From NCBI RefSeq assembly GCF_963853765.1, contig NC_088855.1, positions 4,340,001-4,404,000 on the forward strand: DNA of 64,000 nucleotides, given 5' to 3'. Made by a program: the position numbers and the translations under genes. The notes below the pieces were generated by a model. The model saw nothing but the letters and a program-made list of their open reading frames with translations. It made no database searches and was not told the DNA's origin. The stretch comes from Magallana gigas. Lineage: Eukaryota. Shown here one piece after another: positions 1-10,670 of the stretch; the first letter of the stretch is position 1, and every line of letters starts with the position of its first letter.

Positions 1-560
1 ATTTTCACTATAATTTTTTTTGGTGAAAACAGTTCCTTATATTTACAAAAACCAACTCAGTAAAATCAGAATGTCATCACATAAGCCATAGAAAGTGTAC
101 GCCATAGAAATTTTTTGTGTAATAACAAAATATGTGAATTCTGCAGATCCGAAATTGAGAATGATTATCACTTTGTTTGAATATGCCCACGCTATCAGCA
201 ATTACGAGTTAATTATATAAGAAGGGAAAACCATCAATCATGTTTAAATTTACTTAAGTATACAGCTATATTGTGAAAACGGTATCAAAGAACTCTGTAA
301 CGTAGGGAAGATTTTGCACCATGCCTTCAAAATACAATATGTATGTAATGATTGGTATATTATTCAAACAACTATTGTACTTAAACCGATAATATCATTA
401 CTCTTCTACATATTCATCGTTGCTAATATCAGATTGTTACAAAATCCCTTCACATACTTGGTTAAAAACATTTTAATACAGAATGTAATAAGATGTATGT
501 CATACACAATAAAGGAAGTTGAAATCTTTTGCGAACATGTGAATCGTGATATTATTCGTT

Positions 561-720
561 GGCATTAATTTTCGTGTACTTAGTTTTAAGAACTGTTTCA
601 ATATTACGTAATTTATGACTAAAGATTTTATTAATACAATATGCCTCTAGAAAATGCACTTCAATTAACATAAAAAATCGTGGTTCAACTCAACAACAAA
701 AATTGGTATTTGACAAAATT
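561..720 (+). mobile_element. Degraded copy of the ~200-bp MITE family also at 28319-28524
   Basis: Shares the aattttcgtg, aaatgcacttc..attaacat..aaa..cgtggttcaactcaa and aaaattggtatt blocks with 2433-2590 and 28319-28524. Ends are approximate. Confidence 0.55.
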
Positions 721-2004
721 TATGTAGGCCTCACTTGCTTTTGTGTGCGCAAGCGCCACGTTAGTGCCTGCCAGAACATTTCTGGAAACGAACTTATTAA
801 TAGGCCTATCCAACGTAATTTTCTGCAAAAAATTTAGTAAAAGCCAGCAGCAAAAAAATAAATAACAAAACATAACAAAGCAAACATGTATTTTAAACTG
901 TGAAGAGAGAAAAATGTTAAAACATTTTGTACGTAAAATATTTGCTTGATGTGGTTTCACACTCTCTGTTATTGGCATCCCACAAGTACTTTGCAATGGC
1001 CACTGTTCGCCAAATAAAACTAAAATCAGACATCTTGTTCTCATTTCCCTCTATAAATAGTTTTTTGGCAAACAGCCGAAAACCTCTCATACATTAAACT
1101 TGGCACACTCTCAAACTTTCTTTTTTTTTAAACTTGATACACTACAGTGATTTTTGCAAAAACTGTTAGAATCTCAATTTAGTTGCATCTCATTATATAG
1201 GACTCTAAAGGGTTTTATTTTAGTCCGATTTGATTTTTTATTTGAGGATTTTATTGCTATGAAATGGTTAGATTATTTGATATTTATGAATCAGCCTTAA
1301 ATGCAGTGTTGACTCATAGTCTTTTAAGAGTTACAAATATCGGAATCAGTTTGACATTTTTCCCTTGATAAAAGTGCTATGGTATTTCGTTCTACTAAGT
1401 TCTATTACAGCTTTCACTGTTTCAGTGCTTTTCATTATTCCAACATTATGTCAGTTCCAACACACAGCCTCCAATTTTTTTTGTAGTAGTAAAACATGGT
1501 AATAAACTCTTTGTCTTTGATGTATTTTTAAATCACTCGTATGTGAATATAAGTAATCTACAGATATTATTCTTATAATAAATGCCATATGCAGATCTAT
1601 ATAAAAAAAAATAAATGTCTAAATATTTAAGACCATTTGAGCTGAATAGTGAATGATGATTTACAAACACTAGTCAATGAAAAATACAGTATTTAAAATA
1701 ATGCAAAAGGTGAATTTTTGGATTGCAAGAACAATTGACATCGCAAAATACGCTGTAAAAAGTGATAATATTAAAGGGGAAATTTTAACTCAAGGAATAT
1801 ATGGAAGTCTCTACAATATGAGTATTGAGTATATTCCCCTGTAATCCGGTGATGGTTCTTTATAAAAAAGATACAGGTTTTAACATTATTTAAAGCCAAG
1901 ATGTGTTTTGGTTAAATGAATGGTGTTGAAATAAACAAAATGGTCTTTTTGAACGACAGATGTACATTGTTAAAATTAAATAAAAACTTCAGAATTGATT
2001 TTTA

Positions 2005-2161
2005 AATGTCAGATTGTGCATGAAGATCAAGTTAAAACTTGTTTAAAAAATTCAGTTGCATGTCCTAAAAGGAATCATTTAGGACTGGTTCATTTTGGTT
2101 GAAGAGCACAGACCTGCCACAAGAAATTGAACATTCCTGCTGCATTATTTATGATGTAAGT
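2005..2161 (+). promoter_or_regulatory. Putative first exon and 5' splice donor of paralogue A, supplying the AT of a split ATG
   Basis: Block gattgtgcatgaagatcaagttaaaacttg aligns with 33915-34062 and 56439-56592. It ends ATG AT|GTAAGT (AT 2154-2155, GT 2156-2157). Phase matches acceptor AG|G at 18052-18054. Confidence 0.72.
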
Positions 2162-2432
2162 ATTTTAAATCTAATCAAATAACTGAATTAATTTCTCAAT
2201 TATAGTTTTATTTACTTTATCGGATAACATTGCAGAAAAAAATAAATAACTCGCTTTACTAGCTTCAAAGTCCTATGAAATAACTAAAAATAGCAGTTTT
2301 CTGTTATATTTGATATAAAATAAATATTGTATTATTTACACCCATCTCTAAACCTTTCTCCTATTATTTAACGACGTGAGCAGACGTATGTAAATTGTGG
2401 TCATCAGATCCATTTCTTCCAGCAAACATGTG

Positions 2433-2590
2433 AATTGTGGTTTCATTGTTATTTGAGGGCCTTAATTTAAATCACAGTTCAAAGGATACGTATATTGTGG
2501 ATAATGACCCTTTTAATGCAAAATGCACTTCCATTAACATTAAAGTTCGTGGTTCAACTCAATAACAAAAAATCGAATTCAACGAATTAA
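2433..2590 (+). mobile_element. Degraded copy of the same ~200-bp MITE family
   Basis: Starts with tgtggtttcatt (the TIR of the 28319 copy) and shares aaatcacagtt..aa.ggatacgta and cgtggttcaactcaa blocks. Confidence 0.6.
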
Positions 2591-3094
2591 ATTCAAAAAA
2601 AAAAAGTCATTGAAGCACCAGCTTGCCAAAATATGCAAACTATTTCATAGAATTTTCGAAATATTCTCTGAAGAATTCAAAGTTCAAATAGCTGTTCTAA
2701 TGAGTATGTTTGTTTGTTTTTGTTGGTTTATTTATCCAGATTTCTATACCAAAGCTTTGAATATGTATCATAGTAACGCGCGCTGTTGACAATCTTGATT
2801 AATCCTATTTTGGAATCGTTTTAAATGATTTTAAGATCGTTGATACATGCACAAAACTCCTTTATTTATAATGTAGACAGCATTTTAAATCACACAATAG
2901 CCGTTTCCAACGAATCAGTAAAGGCTTTAACTTTATTTGTCCTTGGTGTGTTGCTATGCGCGTTTGTATTTTAAACCATGTTTGTATGTTATTTAAATAT
3001 CTGATAAACTTGTGAATGTTTCCTATTTTAAATGCATATACCTTATAGATATTGATGTATAGAAAATTGAAACTTGTCAATTATATTTTTTTCT

Positions 3095-3227
3095 NNNNNN
3101 NNNNNNNNNNNNNNNNNNNNNNNNNNNNNNNNNNNNNNNNNNNNNNNNNNNNNNNNNNNNNNNNNNNNNNNNNNNNNNNNNNNNNNNNNNNNNNNNNNNN
3201 NNNNNNNNNNNNNNNNNNNNNNNNNNN
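3095..3227. other. Assembly gap (133 N)
   Basis: Run of N. Confidence 1.
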
Positions 3228-3400
3228 ACGATAACCCTTGGGTAGGCGTCGGTTTTAGGCTTAACTTAGGCCGGGCGCTAAGTTACGCCTTTATATTGAA
3301 ACGGACCTAGGACCGTCCTTAGTCCAAATACTTGACTTAAGTCCCGATTTACTCCAGGCGTAAGGTTACGCCGGGCGATCGCCTTTTAGTGAAACAGGCC
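3228..3400. mobile_element. GC-richer MITE-like segment; right end only, left end probably in the gap
   Basis: Internally palindromic (cttaggccgggcg..taagttacgcc / ggcgtaaggttacgccgggcg) and ends ttttagtgaaacaggcc, resembling GGCC-type Harbinger-like termini. Confidence 0.4.
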
Positions 3401-3559
3401 ACTTTTTTAAGGGCACAAAAACACTACGTGTGACATAGTCGGTGCTTTAACCTACTGAGCTATCCAGGACTTACTATTTTTCATATAAAAATTAACCGAT
3501 ATGAAAGAAATTGGTTTCCGAAGTTTTTGTCGGGTTTTTTTTTTTTGCAAAGTCCGACC

Positions 3560-3740
3560 CCAGGGACAGACCGGTCCTTAGGGATATCTAGGTAAAAAAA
3601 AACATGCAGAAACATACTATTCTTCTAAGAAAATGCTGTTTTAGCAAACTTTGAAAATTAATTATAAAATTGCAAGAGCAATATGATAGGTTTAAAATGC
3701 AAATTCGAAAAAAATCATAATATATATGTATGATAGAAAC
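3560..3740 (+). repeat. Dispersed repeat, second copy at about 22028-22200
   Basis: ccggtcct..aggatatctagg..aaaa.catgcagaaa ... tgcaagagcaatatgataggtt.aaaatgcaaattcgaaaa is present at both sites. Confidence 0.75.
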
Positions 3741-3744
3741 TGAC

Positions 3745-4465
3745 AGTTTTTGAGATTCGGGCTTATTTGAAATTGAATAGTGAACTGTGTTCTAGAACAC
3801 AGTTTGCATTTCAAAATTTATTATTCATATTTTGGGCCTGAAATGTTCAAGGTTATCTCCTAATGGTATACAACTGCCACTGTGAAATATGGTAATGTGG
3901 TCATCATTAGGATTTTAGATTCGCGCCTAACTTATTCAACAATATTCTCATTTTAGAACGCAGTTCGTAATTCAAAATTTATATTTCATATTTTGGGCCT
4001 GAAGTTTTCATGCTATACCACTACCACTGTGAATATATGGTGAAGTTGTCATCTCTAGTTTATAAAATAAAGGTATTTCGCAATTGAAAAGGTCAACTGC
4101 GTTCTTGACCGCAGTTCGCAATTGAAAATTTATAATTCATATTAAGGGCCTGAAATTTTCAAGGTCATCTACTAGTGGTATACAACTACCCCTTTAAAAA
4201 TAGGGTAATGTGGTCGTTATTAGATTTTTAGATTCGGGCTCCACTCATTCAACACTATTCGCAACTCAAAAGGTTCGCAGTTCGCAATGCAAAATTTATC
4301 ATTCATATTTGGGGCTTTAAATTTATAGGGTCATATTTTAGTGGTATACCATTATCACCGTTAAAATATGGGGATGTGATCATCTATAGTTTTTGAGATG
4401 TAGGGACTGAAAAAATTAACTATTCATTTTTGGGGAGATTTTAAACATCGAGGACCCCTACCCTG
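3745..4465 (+). repeat. Array of ~160-165-bp units ending in the terminus cccctaccctg
   Basis: ttcatatt..gggcctgaaa recurs near 3824, 3985, 4136 and 4301. Most units carry a variant of the palindrome gaactgcgttctagaacgcagttc. Confidence 0.75.
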
Positions 4466-4919
4466 GAACTTGAAAGTTTATAAGCTTTAGAATCTTACTG
4501 ACTGAAAATACACCTACGCTTATATTGAATATTTCCAGCTTTATTAACTCTAAAATATTTATATAATTTGAGTGATTTTGCTTCTTTTAAAGATGTTATT
4601 TACTCTGGGTTCGATTGGTTAAATTCGGATTGTTATAAAGATCAATGTATTAAAAGAAATTTGTTCTAAACACATAAATGATATGTATTATTCTTGATGT
4701 AAAATATTTGACATTTTATTTTACTATATTATGGAATAAGGCTGAAAGGAAAATAGACTTTTCGAAAAAAAGAGGAAATTTGACTAAATTTTGCAGATTC
4801 TGTTTTCTGTGTAAACATTTTTGAAAGTAAATGTACTTTACTATTAAAAGTTAACCTTTTATATTTAAGTCAATGTAATTTTGCATGTTTTTCTTGATAT
4901 TATCTCACTTAATCATTAA

Positions 4920-5745
4920 AGCTGACATGAACTCATAAAAGCGTTTGGTCGCCATATTAGTTTTAATAGCTCCTCTACTGCCACTGGGGTATATATACCG
5001 GTCGAGAAAGTTACGGTCGGTTGCTTTCCAATCGAGGCATTCATGTTACACGGACTTCTAAATGCATGGACTACATATTGTAGTAAAGAATAAAGGAAAC
5101 AGCAATCAATAAAATACAAAATATATTTATTTTTTGGAAGAATTTCCAAGGTATCCGTACTATTTTGCACAAATAGTGCTGCCTTACTTCACATGCACAT
5201 CGAGCACGTGTGTCGTTCATATAGAGTGCATAACGTCTGCATCTTTTTTGAAAACCCCGGCGGCACTACATCCAACACAGTAGATAAATGATAGTAAATC
5301 CAAGAAAGTAACAATGTAACATCATTTCCATCGGTTTCCACAAACAAATCCATGCGATCATTGACATTGCTCGATCTGCCACAGTGTGTGGTTGCGCATA
5401 TGCAATTTTATAACATACACAGGAAAATGGTCTACAATTATCGAGGATTTTTGAAGTATCTGCGCCTGGATTTCAGTTTGTCTTGTTTCGTCGTTCATTC
5501 GATATTCCTTGCCAGTGCTGTGGTTGTCATATTATTTTTGTTCAAACCCCGTTTCTACACGTCTCTTCCTCCAAGGTAAAGTGTTCGGGTGAATAAAATA
5601 CCTGAATGCGGTGAAGCATGAATAGTGCTTTCGGCCTTATAGAGGGGATGTGTAGCGATTGGCAGAACAATAGAAATCGACAACTAATATGGCGGTAGTC
5701 GGAGATAAAAGGGAAATAATGCGTATTTATGAATTCATGTCAGCT
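4920..5745. mobile_element. Non-autonomous Kolobok-like DNA transposon (826 bp, TTAA TSD)
   Basis: TTAA at 4916-4919 and 5746-5749. TIRs agctgacatgaactcataaa / tttatgaattcatgtcagct match 19/20. AG termini with a TTAA target fit Kolobok rather than piggyBac (CCC termini). Confidence 0.85.
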
Positions 5746-7039
5746 TTAAGATAAATACATGACCCACAATGCAAAAAAAAAATGAAAAATGCTAAATAAC
5801 GATAAAAGACACTTCATCTCATTTTTTTTATCATTGACCTCATATTAATTTTATACCCGCAAAATAATATCAATATAGGTAGTTTAGTTCAATTATTGTT
5901 TTTTGTATTTCATAATTCAATTATTTTGGAAAAATGGAAAGGGATTTGAAAACTAATAGAGGAAGTTCAAGCTGGAACATTTTTTTAAAAAGTTACTTCA
6001 AACTTAATCCTTTGTTTTTATTTAGTACCACAAACATTCATAAACTGTCTTTCATTTTTAAAGAGTCGGAAGTGGTCAATCTGATCCTTTATGCGGCGTC
6101 GACGAGAAACTTATTGTATTGTTTATTGATCGAGACATCATCAATAAAAAATATTTTACTATTACGCAAACATCAATAACTTATCATATCTTAAAATTTT
6201 CAATAAATTTAACAAATTAAACACATTTGAAATTTTCCGTACATGGGTTTAACCTTTTTTACTTACATCGATCAATTTAGCCTGTTAATGGACAGTAATG
6301 TAATTGATACCAGAAATTCTACAAATTATACAAATTTATAAAATAAATATGGTTAAAAAACATTTCCAGCAAACATAGGAGAAAAGGAAGGATTGCGTTT
6401 AAATAGACGCGGATCCAGAAATATTTTAAAAGAGTAGGGAGGGGTGGTGGGAAATTTGGATATATGGAGTACATGTTTGCTTGCAGGGTTTTCAAAGGGA
6501 GTGAGATTTAGGGCTGCATAAAAACTTATTTACAGCGAACCCCAATTGATGTAAATTGTATATGTAGGTTAATAAGAAGTTTATTACATGTCTGGTTGAT
6601 TTTCTTTTCCCTTTCTCTCCCTCTCTTTTGTTTATTTTTTTAGGGAGGGGGGGGGGCGAAAGGACGGAGTTGGAGGTAGGAAGCGGAAGCACTCTTTTCA
6701 AAATTCGCAACAATGAAAACCATTAAGATATGAAAAAGAAACAATACGATAATCTAAGATTGTTAATCATACCATAGACTTATCAAATCTGATGATATAA
6801 TGACCCCCCCCCCCAAAAAAAAAAAAAAAAAAAAAACTGACATAAAAAAATTCAAATGATCTCGTCATTTTAACAAAATGGAAAAGTCTTACACCTAACA
6901 TAATGGTTTTCATCTCATTATATATATGCCCCTAACGCGAGCCAAAACGTCGCAAAAACCACCAAGAAAATTGAGAATTATTTTCCCTCTGTCATGTTTT
7001 GACGTAAACCTTAAAAAAATACTTGTTGAGAAAATCAGA

Positions 7040-9114
7040 GAATTCCAAGCCCAGTGTTTAAAACCCCATTATAATGAATAGTGTTCTTTAAGTGGGAGCC
7101 CGAATCTAAAAAAATAGAGATAAACACATTATCATCACAGTGGTAGTAGTATGCCACTAGTAGATGACCCTAACATTTCAGGCCCAAAATTTGAATCATA
7201 AATTTTGAATTGCGAACTGCGTTCTAGAACCCAGTTACTTTTGAATTGAGTAAGTGTTTAATGAGTGGGGCTCGAATTTAAAAAATACCAATTCTGACCA
7301 CATTACCATTTTTACAGCCCGAATCTAAAAAACTAGAAATGACCACTACACCAAATTTTCAAAGTGGTAGTGGTATACCACTAGTAGATGACCCTGAAAA
7401 TTTCAGCACCCAGGGTAGGGGCCCTCGTTATTTTTGAGCCCGATGCTTAAAATCCCATTATAATGAAAAGAGTTCTATAAGTGAGAGCCCGAATCTCAAA
7501 AACTAGAGATGACCACTTCATCAATGTCCAAGACCAACTTTGTTTTTGATATCGACGATATCGAAAACAAAATGACGATATCGACATCGATATCGAATTT
7601 TTAAAATGCTTAACAAATTTTGATGTCGATATCGACGATATCGTACACAACTTGACGATATCGACATACACTGATGAAGTTGCAAAATCAATTTTATTGT
7701 CCATATCGACGATATCGTGCACAAAATGACGATATCGACATCGATATCGACACTAATTAGTTTTCAGGCTTACTAATTATAGGCGATATCGTACATAAAA
7801 TGACGATATTCTAATCAATAGCGATCCTAATTATTTCAGTTAAACAAATTTAACAATATTATTGAAAATGACAATATCAACCTCAATATTGACTCTTATG
7901 AATTCTTTTGAAATCATCGGTAATAAAATTTAATCAATAACAATGAGAAGAATGTCTGAATGATGGGTTTTAAGGATTGTAAGATGATAGATAATTGTGA
8001 TCGTCTAGATAGTCAAATCTTACGATAAGCATGGTACAGTTTTCCAAAGTACTTGATTACATTCTGCAGAAAAGCAAATTGATATTGATACAGCTTTTGT
8101 TGTGTACATATGTCAATCGATATCGTTACGATATCGTCGATATCGACGACATCGATGTATAAAATATAATGAGTTGCAGTTGTGTTTATATGCAAATCGA
8201 TATCGATCCGATATCGTCGATATCGCCGATATCGACATAAAATATGGACAACTTAAGTTTATCAAAGGAAAATACATTTTGATACGGTATTGTCGATTTC
8301 GTCGTTAAATATGGACAGAATTGAGTTCTGTACATATGCAAATCGATATCGATACGAAATCTTCGATATAAATGATATCGACGTTAAATATGGAGAACTG
8401 TAGTTGTGTACACAGGCAACTCGATATCGATTCTATATCGTCGATATCGGCATGAATATTAACAAATTCAGTTAAGGACAAACAAAATCGATATCGATAC
8501 GATATATCAACGATATCGACGTTAAATGTGCATGTTAAATTTTGTCAGCTGTAGCTGTGTACATACGAATTTAAGTTCTATTATATTGAAATCAGTGAAT
8601 CGATATCGATACAATATCGTTGATATCATCGATATCGATACTACATCGTGTCTTGGACATGATTTTCACGTGGTAGTGGTATACTACTAGTACATTGAAG
8701 ATGATCATGAAAATTTTTAGGCCCTTAATATGAGTTATAAATTTTTTATTGCAAACTGTGTTTAAGAACGCAGTTCACTTTTCAATTGCAAATAAGCTCA
8801 AATCTCAAAAACTACAGATGACAACATCACCATATTTTTAGGGTGGTAATGGTATACCACTAGAGGATGACCCTGAAAATTTCAGGCCCCAAATATGAAT
8901 TATAAATTTTGAATTGCGAACTGCACTCTAGAACGCAGTTCACTTTTCAATTGCGAAAAACCGAATTTCAAAAATATAGATGACCACTTCACCATATTTT
9001 CCAGTGGTAGTGGTTTACCACTATGTCGTGGCCTTGAAATCTTCAGGCCCCAAATATGAAATATTAATTTTGAATTGCGAACTGCGTTCTAGAACGCAGT
9101 TCACTTTTCAATTC
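7040..9114 (-). repeat. Inverted-orientation arrays of the same ~163-bp family, interrupted by 7524-8660
   Basis: tttcaggccc..aaat..gaa..ataaattttgaattgcgaactgcgttctagaac units are the reverse complement of 3745-4465. cagggtagggg at 7411 mirrors cccctaccctg at 4455-4465. Confidence 0.75.
7524..8660. mobile_element. Foldback-like element built from GATATC/ATCGAT modules
   Basis: Exact 11-bp TIR atgtccaagac / gtcttggacat. The two arms are mutually inverted arrays of gatatcgacgatatcg. Removing the element restores the host unit (gaccacttcatca+gattttcacgtggtag). No TSD is visible. Confidence 0.8.
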
Positions 9115-10670
9115 CGATTGTCCTCATGCTTTTGATGTCGAAAAATAATCTCCCATTTCTTCGATGTGCAGCTGATTACCAATCCTTTGCAAAGTAGTTC
9201 GTAAAAATTCATGCGCCTTGAAGGCGCTTAAAATACATTGTATTGCTTTTAAAACACCTCATTAATGAGAAAAAAACCAGCAAACGAACCCATTCTTTTC
9301 TTGATTTATTCACAAGCATAAAAAATATACAGTTGAGAAAACTTGGGTTTTTTTTGTGTAACAATTTGGTTTAGCGGAAGCTTTTACTTTGACGCAGTTC
9401 GGTGTTTTGTTTACTTTTTAAAATAATAGTGTTTATAGCATCATTGGCGATTTGCCTGATTACAGCTAGGAATTTGCTTCTCGCTTTTGGCAGAGCCTGG
9501 CTAAGAATGAATAGAGTGGGTTGACCTTTCACGTACAATAGACGATATGTATATGAAAGAATTAAGCAGACTCATTACTTATCAAGTGACATTTTATCGC
9601 TTAATTTTAACTATCGTAGGGAAAAGTTGGCAATCAGAAATCAATTTCTTTAATAATACAACTTACAAATAATGTGTTAAATTAAGCCCCTTTCACAATT
9701 GGCGCACGAGCACTTTACAACACTTTGCGATCGAAATTCGTTAGATTCGCACAAGCTCTCTCATACGTTGCATGCGTTTTACTGCTCGCATCAAGTCTCC
9801 TCAAAATATTGGACATGCACACTATTCAGACGCGACCGAATACGATCCAAATCATCGCAGTGCAACGCGCAAACATTAGTACGAACGTTTTACAACGTTT
9901 TGTGTACTCGCAAGAGTGATGCACGATTTTTAAAGGTCGTAAGATGAATCACGGTTGTTTATGCACGTATTGTGCGACCATGAGAATGTTGCTCAACATG
10001 TCTTATGTTATCTTGCAACGTTTTACTATCATTGCACGATTTATCAGTAATATGACATGCTTTGGCACTAGGATATATATACCCTGTATAAGCATCTCTG
10101 TTTCAGACCATAATTCAACAATATACATTTATTGCGTGATGGTAGGGGAAAAATGAAGATTTATTTCTCCAAGAAAAAAATCATATATTTCCTGAGGGCA
10201 TCGCCCGAGGGAAATTTGTTTTTCTTCGGGGAATAGATTGATAACGTTGATTTCTAAAAAATTTTGATAGCAATAACGTCGTGATTGTTTAATTTCCTCT
10301 GTTACTGTCTCACTTTTCTTTCATAATTTCGAATCTTAGATAGTTAAGTTTGTTTTGTGATATAAAGAGAATCATAATGATTTAATATTTTTGATTTTAT
10401 AATACTTGTTTACATCATATGCTCATATCGGCTTCTTCACTCCTACGACCTCGCCCTGCCAATTGACTTTCTAGACCAATCAAATATAATAGAATAATCA
10501 TATTGAGGTAAAATGATAAATGCTGCTGCACTTCTGTTTCTTTTTTTTTTTGGGGGGGGGGGACATGTTCTCTCTCTTTCAACTATGTCTACTGAAGAGC
10601 GTCAGAAATCGGCGGTATATACATGTATAACCCTCTGACTCGCACAAGCATTCGTACCATGGAACGCATA

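Noticed and set aside
3052-3310. ORFs spanning the N run
   Set aside because: Artefacts of translating an assembly gap.
3425-3472. tRNA/SINE-like head on the minus strand (ggatagctcagtaggttaaagcaccgact)
   Set aside because: Only an A-box-like half is present, with no B box, T arm or acceptor stem. At most a SINE remnant.
7447-8308. ORFs rich in RYRRYR / IVDIDD
   Set aside because: Translations of the GATATC/ATCGAT repeat arms.
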